A stretch of 56,719 nt of DNA. Source: a virus. Taxonomy: Duplodnaviria; Caudoviricetes. The position numbers and the translations under genes are program-made. The stretch is taken from IMG/VR virus record IMGVR_UViG_3300028025_001269, positions 1 to 56,719 of that record; one strand, 5' to 3'. The notes beneath the pieces are model-generated. The model was not told the DNA's origin. It did not search any database and saw only the letters and a program-made list of their open reading frames with translations. How positions within the stretch are numbered: the first letter of the stretch is position 1; each line of letters starts with the position of its first letter. Shown here piece by piece: positions 1 through 7,772 of this stretch.

Positions 1-53
1 CAAATGCAGAATTAGCGAAGGATACGAAGTATCGTAACGAATTCAGCGAGATT

Positions 54-605
54 ATGTCTCGACAATTTGGCTCAACTAAGGGTTTTACCCTTGGCGATGC
101 TATTGAACATTCAGCTAGTGTTTACACTAGTTTAGTGAAACAAAAGCGTAATCAGCTTGAAAAGCTGTGTGAAATCGGCAAGGTTTTACAGGAACTTCGT
201 TCCGTAATTGGCAAGTCTGACAAAGAGTTTGGTCAAGCAGTAAAGTCTACGGCTCTTAAAAACATGAGCCGTCAAGACCGTAGTGATGCTATGTGGCTTT
301 CTGAAAATTGGGTAGCAATTCAGAGCAAAATGAAAGAGTTAGATATTAACTCTTGTTCAGCTAGTTATCTTCGTCAGTTACTACGTAAAGAAGCAAAATC
401 TACCGATAGCGAAGCTACTGTTAGCGAAGCTACTGAGTCAGATCAAGACTCTAGCGAAGCTAGTTCTAGTGTCGAATCTTCGTCAGTAAAATTGTCAGGC
501 AATGATGCTGAAAGCATAGCAGTTGCCGTGATTACATTAGCGAAGCTAAAAGGTGTGTCACTTGCTGAAATAGCTACGCTAATCCTAGCCGAATCAGCTA
601 TCTAA
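54..605 (+). CDS. First early protein; N-terminal half resembles DUF3102-type helical DNA-binding proteins
   Basis: 183 aa ORF. The segment EIGKVLQELR...EFG...MSRQDRSDAM resembles DUF3102 by recall. It has a Ser/Glu-rich linker and is followed by a terminator. Confidence 0.5.
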   Translation: MSRQFGSTKGFTLGDAIEHSASVYTSLVKQKRNQLEKLCEIGKVLQELRSVIGKSDKEFGQAVKSTALKNMSRQDRSDAMWLSENWVAIQSKMKELDINSCSASYLRQLLRKEAKSTDSEATVSEATESDQDSSEASSSVESSSVKLSGNDAESIAVAVITLAKLKGVSLAEIATLILAESAI

Positions 606-634
606 AACCTACGGTTTATCCTGCAGTACCCACC

Positions 635-657
635 AAGGGGAGCTTAGGCTCCCTTTT
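635..657 (+). terminator. Rho-independent terminator after gene 1
   Basis: GGGAGC-TTAG-GCTCCC stem-loop followed by TTTT. Confidence 0.6.
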
Positions 658-835
658 GGCGTTAGCAGGTCATGCATTTGCATCACCTTGCTATGTAGTG
701 TGCTATGCCCTGTGCCATGTAGTGTGTGACATGTATGTGTATGTCACGCCATGATGTATGTATGTGTCTCATATCGAAGGCACAGGGTTCATGGCACAGT
801 CTTTTACCTGTAAAAATAGGGTAATACAAAGTATT

Positions 836-879
836 AGGGAAAATCCCTATTTACAAGGGTATTTCTATGCCCCGAAACT
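836..879 (+). promoter_or_regulatory. Early sigma70-like promoter with upstream AGGG-N5-CCCT box
   Basis: AGGGAAAATCCCT (836-848), TTTACA (850-855), 18 nt spacer, GAAACT (874-879). Confidence 0.55.
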
Positions 880-903
880 GTAAGCCAAGCAACACAATTC
901 TAC

Positions 904-919
904 TGTCGAATGTTCGGCA
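904..919. promoter_or_regulatory. Operator-like imperfect palindrome, class A
   Basis: TGTCGAATGTTCGGCA; near-identical copies at 470-485, 1515-1530 and 4960-4975. Confidence 0.65.
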
Positions 920-939
920 CTAACTTGGAGGATGTAAAC

Positions 940-1203
940 ATGGAAAAAAAGATGGAGCGTTTAGCTCGTAAGTTCCCTAAGGTATGGTTCAAAGACGGTG
1001 GCGAATTCAGTCCCGATCATGTAGGTACTATCTGGACAGGTGAAGGTAGCTCAATCGGTGACGAAGGGCAATGGGAAGCCTTCGACTACTACGGATATGA
1101 CAGCACCTTCGGTGTTCACCCTAAGCTTGCTCATGTCCTCGAGAACATGGGATTGTATGCCGAGTTCTACGATGCTGGCACAGTGTTCTTTTACAAAAAA
1201 TAA
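940..1203 (+). CDS. Hypothetical early protein
   Basis: GGAGG RBS before ATG 940 (start re-called from 910). Confidence 0.7.
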   Translation: MEKKMERLARKFPKVWFKDGGEFSPDHVGTIWTGEGSSIGDEGQWEAFDYYGYDSTFGVHPKLAHVLENMGLYAEFYDAGTVFFYKK

Positions 1204-1216
1204 TCGGAGATTAACC

Positions 1217-1435
1217 ATGGAAAATGCACCACAATTTAACCGTAAACGGCATGGCAGTTTATTTGATCGGGGTCGTGCTGATAGCTACTATAGTAGACCC
1301 GAAGCCCCTCACTGGTATCCCGAGGGTTCGTATAACTGTGATCCCGTCACAGACCTAACCGATGCTGAGGTGAAGGAGTACCTAGATGGATATGCACACA
1401 ATGAAAAGTTCGGGGACAAGAAATCGTGGGACTAG
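1217..1435 (+). CDS. Hypothetical early protein (HGSLFDRGRADSYY...Y.GY type)
   Basis: GGAG RBS before ATG 1217 (start re-called from 1040). Confidence 0.7.
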   Translation: MENAPQFNRKRHGSLFDRGRADSYYSRPEAPHWYPEGSYNCDPVTDLTDAEVKEYLDGYAHNEKFGDKKSWD

Positions 1436-1447
1436 TACATAGTACTA

Positions 1448-1490
1448 AGGGAAAGTCCCTATTTACAGGGAAAATTGTAGCTACGACAAT
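1448..1490 (+). promoter_or_regulatory. Early sigma70-like promoter with upstream AGGG-N5-CCCT box
   Basis: AGGGAAAGTCCCT (1448-1460), TTTACA (1462-1467), 17 nt spacer, GACAAT (1485-1490). Confidence 0.6.
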
Positions 1491-1514
1491 GGAAGCCAAG
1501 CAGTCGAATTCTAC

Positions 1515-1530
1515 TGTCGAATGTTCGTCA
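1515..1530. promoter_or_regulatory. Operator-like imperfect palindrome, class A
   Basis: TGTCGAATGTTCGTCA between the promoter and the RBS of the gene at 1550. Confidence 0.65.
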
Positions 1531-1549
1531 CTAACCATCGGAGGTTTAT

Positions 1550-2269
1550 ATGTCACCAATCACCTTACTATCCACTGTCGCTAATGCCAAGATCGAGAAG
1601 ACGAATGCCCTTGTAGGTGGCAATCATCTGTATGCCGAGATGAGCATGATGCCTAACAATGTCATCTGTGCTGGCAGTAAAGCTGCCCAGTGTATGACCC
1701 CATGCCTTAAGAATGCTGGTCGTGGTGTCTTCTCGAATGTTCAATTGTCCCGTCAACGGAAGACTGATTTTTGGATGTCCAATCCTACTGAATTCAAGGC
1801 TCAATTAGTTCGTGAATTGGAAGCCCTTATCAGGAAGGCTCAGAGACAGGGTAAAACGGCTCGTGTAAGGCTCAATTGCTTCTCGGATATATCTTGGGAG
1901 CTTCAAGCCTGTACTCGTAATGGCAAGCCATTTAAGGGCATTCCACAGGCTTTCCCCGAGATCGAGTTCTACGACTACACCAAGCATGCATCACGATTAG
2001 GTAAGACACCTAGCAATTACACATTGACATTCTCATACTCTGGTGTATCCACCTATGTGAATCAAGTCAAATTGGCACAGGGTTCTAGCGATACGAATAT
2101 GGCAGTCGTATTCCATGGTAAGGAATTGCCAGTCACATTCATGAATCGTAAGGTAATTGACGGTGACTTGCATGATGCTCGTATCGATGATCCTAAGGGT
2201 GTGATTGTGGGTCTCCGTGCCAAGGGTCCTGCTCGTAAGGATACAAGTGGATTCGTAGTGCATATGTAA
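1550..2269 (+). CDS. GP88-like (mycobacteriophage gene 88 family) Cys-cluster protein
   Basis: C-x7-C-x3-C, VRLN..SDI, FYDYTK, LTFSYSG, DGD.HD.R, VGLRAKG and SGFV motifs. Confidence 0.7.
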   Translation: MSPITLLSTVANAKIEKTNALVGGNHLYAEMSMMPNNVICAGSKAAQCMTPCLKNAGRGVFSNVQLSRQRKTDFWMSNPTEFKAQLVRELEALIRKAQRQGKTARVRLNCFSDISWELQACTRNGKPFKGIPQAFPEIEFYDYTKHASRLGKTPSNYTLTFSYSGVSTYVNQVKLAQGSSDTNMAVVFHGKELPVTFMNRKVIDGDLHDARIDDPKGVIVGLRAKGPARKDTSGFVVHM

Positions 2270-2278
2270 TGTTAGTCA

Positions 2279-2301
2279 AGCCCCACTTTCGGGGCTGTTT
2301 T
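2279..2301 (+). terminator. Rho-independent terminator
   Basis: AGCCCC-ACTTTC-GGGGCT followed by GTTTT. Confidence 0.55.
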
Positions 2302-2309
2302 ACCCAATT

Positions 2310-2329
2310 TTGTGCAATATATTACACAT
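2310..2329. promoter_or_regulatory. Operator-like palindrome, class B
   Basis: TTGTGCAATATATTACACAT; an identical 20-mer lies at 3441-3460. Confidence 0.6.
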
Positions 2330-2346
2330 TTTTCAAGGAGAAAATC

Positions 2347-2799
2347 ATGGGTTTAGATATGTATCTAACTGCTAAGCGTTACATTTGGGAAAATTCAGAT
2401 AAGCCTGAGGAACAGGCACTGGCTGATGCACTCAATAAGATGCCTACACTAGGCAATAAGGGTAAGCGTGTCAAAGGGGTAGAGGTGGAGGGTATGTACT
2501 GGCGTAAGGCTAACGCCATTCACAAGTGGTTTGTTGACAATGTCCAAGACGGGGAGGATGAATGCCGAGAACACTATGTGTCACGAGAACAACTCACGGA
2601 ACTACGGGATGCATGCATAGAAGCAATGGCAGACCCCGACAATGCTCTGGATTATCTGCCCACTACATGCGGATTCTTTTTCGGTAGCACAGAGATAGAT
2701 GAGTGGTACTTTCAGGGCTTACGGGACACCATCGATGGGCTGAATGGCTGTCTTGAGATGGATAAGGCATGGAGTTTTTACTATTGTTCAAGCTGGTAA
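2347..2799 (+). CDS. Conserved phage protein (MGLDMYL...YWRKANAIHKWF...Y.SSW type)
   Basis: AAGGAG RBS before ATG 2347; recognisable widespread phage motif of unknown function. Confidence 0.75.
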   Translation: MGLDMYLTAKRYIWENSDKPEEQALADALNKMPTLGNKGKRVKGVEVEGMYWRKANAIHKWFVDNVQDGEDECREHYVSREQLTELRDACIEAMADPDNALDYLPTTCGFFFGSTEIDEWYFQGLRDTIDGLNGCLEMDKAWSFYYCSSW

Positions 2800-2808
2800 G
2801 GGGGATGT

Positions 2809-3159
2809 ATGTGGAAAGCAGTCGAATTAGCGGAAGATTACTGGATCATCCAAGATGACAATGGGTATGACGAATACATGGATGCACAGGGGGATAACCT
2901 CATGTTCACCACGAAGGATGAAGCAGAAGAAAAGATTTACATGATCAACACAGGAAAGGTACAGAAAATGGACATCACTAATGCAATCGAGATCATCAAG
3001 GAATACGGAGACAACATCGGTACTACCGATATCCTACTCACACTCAAGGAGATGCAGGATGACGAAGACCTACCCAACAGGGATCGTGCCGCATTGAATG
3101 TGTTTATGCATGAGGGTAGGAAGATGTTTGCCGCAGTCAAATTTAAACTGGAGGTTTAA
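2809..3159 (+). CDS. Hypothetical acidic early protein
   Basis: ORF with RBS in a tightly packed operon. Confidence 0.65.
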   Translation: MWKAVELAEDYWIIQDDNGYDEYMDAQGDNLMFTTKDEAEEKIYMINTGKVQKMDITNAIEIIKEYGDNIGTTDILLTLKEMQDDEDLPNRDRAALNVFMHEGRKMFAAVKFKLEV

Positions 3160-3161
3160 CC

Positions 3162-3350
3162 ATGATGACTACAGAACAGATGATTGAAAAACTAATTGCT
3201 GATGACATTTTGACTATCAAGTCGGCAATGTACCAAGGTGATACAGAATACCTGTACCACATCTTAGCTGATGGCATTGGCTACAACAATATGACATCGG
3301 TTCAAATTGAAATCGAATACGAAGAAAGAAATTGGGAGGAAGCAGTGTGA
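3162..3350 (+). CDS. Hypothetical early protein
   Basis: GGAGG RBS; shares a GY.N.T......EY.E motif with 3778-4008. Confidence 0.65.
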   Translation: MMTTEQMIEKLIADDILTIKSAMYQGDTEYLYHILADGIGYNNMTSVQIEIEYEERNWEEAV

Positions 3351-3440
3351 GAGTCACACCAGTAGCACCCGTCTACCCTGTGTCCAAGTTCAATAGGCAC
3401 AGGGAACAAGCAGTCTATACACCCAAACCCAAGGAGAAAA

Positions 3441-3460
3441 TTGTGCAATATATTACACAT
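3441..3460. promoter_or_regulatory. Operator-like palindrome, class B, overlapping a start codon
   Basis: Identical to 2310-2329; covers GTG 3443. Confidence 0.6.
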
Positions 3461-3781
3461 AATCAAGACGATCTAATCCGTAGCAGTGGCACATGTCTAC
3501 GAGGATGTATCACAGATACCAGCTACATCACTCTTGTAAGTACATTCGGTGAGCCTATGAAGGATGGCTTTGATGACTATAAGTCAGATGCAGAATGGCG
3601 TGTGCAGTTTGAAGATGGCACAGTAGCTACGATTTATAACTGGAAGAATGGTAGGAATTATTGCGGTGATGAGGGTACACCCACTAGCCTGATCCGTGAG
3701 TGGCACATCGGTGGGTACACAAGTGATGCAGTTGATCGTGTCAAACAAGCACTGCGTAGCATATGTAAGGAGGTAGCATGA
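3443..3781 (+). CDS. Conserved phage protein (K.DAEW...ATIYNWK...WHIGG type)
   Basis: AAGGAG RBS then GTG 3443, in frame with the supplied ORF 3332-3781. Confidence 0.7.
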   Translation: MQYITHNQDDLIRSSGTCLRGCITDTSYITLVSTFGEPMKDGFDDYKSDAEWRVQFEDGTVATIYNWKNGRNYCGDEGTPTSLIREWHIGGYTSDAVDRVKQALRSICKEVA

Positions 3782-4008
3782 CAACCGAGTATGTAACTAC
3801 AACCCGATCAGGCATTATCGATGCATTATGTCAGTCGATGTGTGATGACATTGAGATGAACATGGAAAAGCTAGGTGTCATAGCTTATCAGGGGTTCAAA
3901 GGCTATAGTAATTACACCGATGAGGAACTAATCAAAGAGTACATGGAGTATCTCAGTGAAGATCCTGACGCAGATATTTTTGTATTACTTGAACGGGGGG
4001 TAGCATGA
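3778..4008 (+). CDS. Hypothetical early protein
   Basis: ATGA overlap with the upstream gene; GGAGG RBS. Confidence 0.7.
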   Translation: MTTEYVTTTRSGIIDALCQSMCDDIEMNMEKLGVIAYQGFKGYSNYTDEELIKEYMEYLSEDPDADIFVLLERGVA

Positions 4009-4139
4009 CTAAGCTAGAGTTACTCAAAATGATTCGGGAACTAATCGAACCCGAGACTACCCCCGATCCTGACAATATGTCAGACGGGGAATTGCTTGAC
4101 ATCATCTACGATCTTGTGAGATCAGAGGAGGGTGTATGA
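4005..4139 (+). CDS. Small hypothetical protein, 44 aa (not in the ORF track)
   Basis: MTKLELLKMIRE...SEEGV; ATGA-coupled at both ends. Confidence 0.6.
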   Translation: MTKLELLKMIRELIEPETTPDPDNMSDGELLDIIYDLVRSEEGV

Positions 4140-4309
4140 AAAAGTACAGAGTTATCGCTTCATATGTTGTCGAATGCTACTGTGACATAGAAGCAGAATC
4201 GAAGGAGGAAGCGTGGGATCTTGCATATCACATAGATGGGGGAGACTATACCCCTAGAAAAACCGTTGATGGAGACTGGCAGATCGAAAGAATCGAGGAG
4301 GTAGCATGA
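4136..4309 (+). CDS. Small hypothetical protein, 57 aa (not in the ORF track)
   Basis: MKKYRVIASY...IEAESKEEA...IEEVA; ATGA-coupled. Confidence 0.65.
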   Translation: MKKYRVIASYVVECYCDIEAESKEEAWDLAYHIDGGDYTPRKTVDGDWQIERIEEVA

Positions 4310-4554
4310 CAGACACACGAACTGTATTACAGAAGGCACAGGATTTTGCCATGGGTCAAGTGCTATCCGAATGGGATTGTGACTACGACTACGATGACAT
4401 CATCCGAGTACTGCGTAGTGATGAGTATGCAGATGGAGAGACGGATAGCGTTACCCCATGGGAACCATACGAGAATGACTATGGTACAGACATAGCCGAT
4501 ACCATTGAAGGTATGGTGCAAGACTTAGTTAGATTATTTGGAGGTACAAAATGA
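4306..4554 (+). CDS. Hypothetical acidic protein
   Basis: ATGA-coupled; GGAGG RBS. Confidence 0.7.
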   Translation: MTDTRTVLQKAQDFAMGQVLSEWDCDYDYDDIIRVLRSDEYADGETDSVTPWEPYENDYGTDIADTIEGMVQDLVRLFGGTK

Positions 4555-4940
4555 GAGTATTCGTATACTGGAATTTACACAGGGATTGCTGGTCAGTCAA
4601 GGCACTCGAGGGTGAGAACAAGGGCAGGGTCATACGCCATGCCAACAATATCAACCTCACTCACTGCACATTCAAGGTGTCCAAGGCTGGCAGGGAGCGT
4701 GTGCTTAGAGAGAAGCGTAAGAATGTACATGCTGGTGTAATAGGTAACCTGAGTTTTGTAGGTGAGATGGGTGACACAGGATTGTGGAAATGTGCCAGCA
4801 CCTATCCTGCATTCATCCCCGTTACCTACAACCCATACAAGTACAGCACATTTGTGCGTAAGAACAATGACCACATGGAAATGCACAGTTCACCCGATGT
4901 ATTTTTAAATCAGGATCGAAGTGTGTTTGCAATGGTCTAA
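4551..4940 (+). CDS. Conserved phage protein (VYWNLH..CWSV...RE.RKNVHA...YNPY type)
   Basis: Recognisable widespread phage motif of unknown function. Confidence 0.75.
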   Translation: MRVFVYWNLHRDCWSVKALEGENKGRVIRHANNINLTHCTFKVSKAGRERVLREKRKNVHAGVIGNLSFVGEMGDTGLWKCASTYPAFIPVTYNPYKYSTFVRKNNDHMEMHSSPDVFLNQDRSVFAMV

Positions 4941-4982
4941 GGGTTTGTCCTAATTGTAGTGTCGAATGTTCGTCACTAAACT
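4940..4982 (+). promoter_or_regulatory. Degenerate AGGG box with class A operator; possible promoter
   Basis: AGGGTTTGTCCTA, then TTGTAG-N17-TAAACT with TGTCGAATGTTCGTCA (4960-4975) in the spacer. Confidence 0.5.
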
Positions 4983-4991
4983 GGAGGGAAT

Positions 4992-5195
4992 ATGAACGAG
5001 TACTTAACACTTGAAGTTGCAACAGAAGTAGCATGGCAGATCGGTGACATCCTTGAGAGTAAGCCAAGGGCAGAGAGCCGATGGCATGTATGTAACATCA
5101 CAAGCCGATTGCTAAAGGCAGGGGTCATCGATGAGAACACAGAGGACATTGACGAAGTCATTAGTGCGTGGTTACATGAGAATGAGGGGTACTAG
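4992..5195 (+). CDS. Hypothetical protein
   Basis: GGAGG RBS. Confidence 0.65.
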   Translation: MNEYLTLEVATEVAWQIGDILESKPRAESRWHVCNITSRLLKAGVIDENTEDIDEVISAWLHENEGY

Positions 5196-5306
5196 TATGA
5201 GTAACTTTGAAATGTTATGCAGCCTAGTGCTAACAGGTATGGCATTGGCTGCTTGTATAGGGGCTGTATACATGATGGTGTTTGTATTATGAAAGGGACG
5301 AATGAT

Positions 5307-5441
5307 ATGCAAGATGATCGGATACAACAAGAAAAAAACACACGGTATTTTTATATGGCACTGGCTGGGTTAGGAGTTTTGGTACTCATTGCACAGGTTT
5401 GTATGTATGTAGGTTACATGATAGGGGAGTGGTTGCTATGA
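5307..5441 (+). CDS. Small membrane protein
   Basis: Single hydrophobic segment; start re-called at ATG 5307. Confidence 0.45.
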   Translation: MQDDRIQQEKNTRYFYMALAGLGVLVLIAQVCMYVGYMIGEWLL

Positions 5442-5689
5442 CGATTACGAATAGTGATGTAGAGATGTTTGGATGTACCGAAGCAGAGTTAAACGACATG
5501 CTTGACAACAACTACTATGCTCGTGTACTTAACAAAGATGTAGCGGATCTAATGCTGGCAATGAGCATACTCAGTGATGCACAGGAAGTGCTATCACATG
5601 GTAGTACCAATCAGGCTAGGCAGTTCATTAACAAATCCAAGTTCATCTTGAGCAGATGCATGGATAAGATTGATATAAGGGGAGAGTGA
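5438..5689 (+). CDS. Hypothetical protein (AMSILSDAQE...ARQFIN.K type)
   Basis: GGAG RBS; ATGA overlap at 5438. Confidence 0.7.
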   Translation: MTITNSDVEMFGCTEAELNDMLDNNYYARVLNKDVADLMLAMSILSDAQEVLSHGSTNQARQFINKSKFILSRCMDKIDIRGE

Positions 5690-5690
5690 T

Positions 5691-5921
5691 ATGAGCAGAG
5701 AGATACATTTCAATGGTCGTAAGCCTAGCAAGGCACAGGTAATGAAGCATGTCCGTACCCTGATTGCCGAAGGATGGCAACACATCGAAGTATTTTGGGG
5801 TGAAAACTGGATAGAACTTGAGAAGTTCAATGGGTACTGGCATGGCAGTGGATGGATCAGGGATATTAGTGGTGCAGACATAGCATGTTTCGATCTTAAC
5901 CAACAGGGGAAGGCAGCATGA
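5691..5921 (+). CDS. Hypothetical protein
   Basis: ORF with RBS in operon. Confidence 0.7.
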   Translation: MSREIHFNGRKPSKAQVMKHVRTLIAEGWQHIEVFWGENWIELEKFNGYWHGSGWIRDISGADIACFDLNQQGKAA

Positions 5922-6136
5922 GAGCAGACCTAAGCATTACTCATGATGACAATGAAGGATCACACTACCTCAACTTTGATCGCATCCTTGACAACGATTG
6001 TGGGACAGTAGCAACAGGTGGATACATTGGTGTCAGGGAAGATGAAGACGGTACTCTGCACATCTTTGTTGTAGATCAAGGTGGTGATGTAGTAATGCAG
6101 TGTGATGTACCCGTAACCCAAATGATAGGAGGATGA
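5918..6136 (+). CDS. Hypothetical protein
   Basis: ATGA-coupled. Confidence 0.65.
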   Translation: MRADLSITHDDNEGSHYLNFDRILDNDCGTVATGGYIGVREDEDGTLHIFVVDQGGDVVMQCDVPVTQMIGG

Positions 6137-6363
6137 CGATGAGTAAGAAAGTATTGTGGGTAATACAGACCAAGAAGACGGATCACATCTTCCCAACACT
6201 CAAGGCAGCAAGGGCTTCTACTGCTGGCTTGGATGCATGGTTTCATGGGGAGCAGTTGCGTATCATTAGTCGGATAGTACTGGATAAAATCACACGGAAA
6301 GGATCACATGTTAGAAGCACTCGAAGTGGTAGTACCCAATCATCCCAAGGCACGAGAGCGTAA
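6133..6363 (+). CDS. Hypothetical protein
   Basis: ATGA-coupled; AGGAGG RBS. Confidence 0.55.
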   Translation: MTMSKKVLWVIQTKKTDHIFPTLKAARASTAGLDAWFHGEQLRIISRIVLDKITRKGSHVRSTRSGSTQSSQGTRA

Positions 6364-6778
6364 CAAGTTCGATGCCCCAGTGGATGTGAAGGAGCACGAC
6401 TGGGTACATACGAATGTCAAGTTTGTAGGTACACCAGTTCAGTATGGCACAGTGTACAAGGCATTCAAAGGTACGACACCATTCACTGATCTAGGATACA
6501 AGGCACAGGCTGATTGCCCTACACATACCATCAGTCGATGGTCAGTCAGGGAATGTCCTGTAGCTAAGTACGAAGGGGATAGTTTGTGGCTGGCATTTGA
6601 GTCACGGGGTGGTACACCTCACCAGTTCTTGCAGTATGTAGCAGACACACAGAATGTAACAGTTGTAGGTACACATTTACCTGTGTATTCAATTAGATGG
6701 AAGCAGACGATCTACTCTAAGGGTTTACCCCTATTGACAGGTAGTTACGGTAGGTCTGATACTAGCAGTGCAATTTAG
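6308..6778 (+). CDS. Hypothetical protein
   Basis: 156 aa ORF with AAGGA RBS. Confidence 0.65.
   Translation: MLEALEVVVPNHPKARERNKFDAPVDVKEHDWVHTNVKFVGTPVQYGTVYKAFKGTTPFTDLGYKAQADCPTHTISRWSVRECPVAKYEGDSLWLAFESRGGTPHQFLQYVADTQNVTVVGTHLPVYSIRWKQTIYSKGLPLLTGSYGRSDTSSAI
6720..6763 (+). promoter_or_regulatory. Sigma70-like promoter with upstream AGGG-N5-CCCT box
   Basis: AGGGTTTACCCCT (6720-6732), TTGACA (6734-6739), 18 nt spacer, GATACT. Confidence 0.6.
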
Positions 6779-6822
6779 TTTCACAGTTCAATTTCAATCA
6801 CACATTTTATAAGGAAATAAAT

Positions 6823-7698
6823 ATGTTAGTTACATCAAACAACGGTATCCCAGCATTGCCAGCACACTTGGACTTTGACCCAGTGCGTGAGCCACAGATG
6901 CGTAATGGCATTGCAATCCCTAACAAGTTCTGGACAGTCAACCCCCTCACAGATACGGTGATCGGTGATGGCAAGTCAGTGCATAACCCAGTCAACTTCC
7001 GTACCGTATGGGACAACATGCGTACTGGCTTGAGCCTAGCTAAGCTGGACACCAGCAATGTGGATGTCAAGTTCTCATCCATGAATAACGGTGCAGCATT
7101 CTCTGCTCAGATCATCCTCAAGCAGTACAACTTCGAGAAGAAGCTAGGTGAGCCAGCGAAGATGGTGATGCATGTCCGTGACTCACACGATCAGTCAGTC
7201 AAGATGCAGATCAGTGCCATGATCTACCGCCTTGCTTGCTTGAACGGTATGATTGCACCCCGTGAGCGTGTTGGTATCTCACAGAAGCACACCACATTCT
7301 ATGACCCAGAGGTGATTGGCAAGGTAGCTTCCCAGTTCCCTGAGAAGTTAGAGCGTGATGCAGAAGTGATGTACCGTATGCAAGGTGTGAAGGTGAATCG
7401 TGATATGGCTATCGAGTTCTTCCGTAAGAACGTAGCTACATACATGACGAAGACTGGTGCCAAGATCAATAACAAATGGCTTGAGCGTATCATCGGTATC
7501 TACGATAGCTACAACACCATGAATGGTACTGCGTATCAGGTCTACAACACACTGACACACATCAGTACTCACGTTGAAGCCCAGCGTGATGGCACTGAGG
7601 TAGAGCGTAAGCGTATTCGTATCGAGCAGGACATCGAGTCTGTCATTCAAGGTGCTGACTTCCAGCACATGATTGCACCTCAAGTTGAGTATGCTTAA
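6823..7698 (+). CDS. DUF932-family protein
   Basis: DSHD.S, RLACLNGM, HT and AYQVYNTLT motifs typical of DUF932. Confidence 0.7.
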   Translation: MLVTSNNGIPALPAHLDFDPVREPQMRNGIAIPNKFWTVNPLTDTVIGDGKSVHNPVNFRTVWDNMRTGLSLAKLDTSNVDVKFSSMNNGAAFSAQIILKQYNFEKKLGEPAKMVMHVRDSHDQSVKMQISAMIYRLACLNGMIAPRERVGISQKHTTFYDPEVIGKVASQFPEKLERDAEVMYRMQGVKVNRDMAIEFFRKNVATYMTKTGAKINNKWLERIIGIYDSYNTMNGTAYQVYNTLTHISTHVEAQRDGTEVERKRIRIEQDIESVIQGADFQHMIAPQVEYA

Positions 7699-7772
7699 AT
7701 AATAGGCAACCTGTACTGCACTCAGATGTTTGGGTGTAGTACACTTTCTTTAATTAAATCAAGGAGTTACGA

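Noticed and set aside
904-919. Class A palindrome as a LexA/SOS box
   Set aside because: The spacing CGAA-N2-TTCG fits neither GAAC-N4-GTTC nor CTGT-N8-ACAG.
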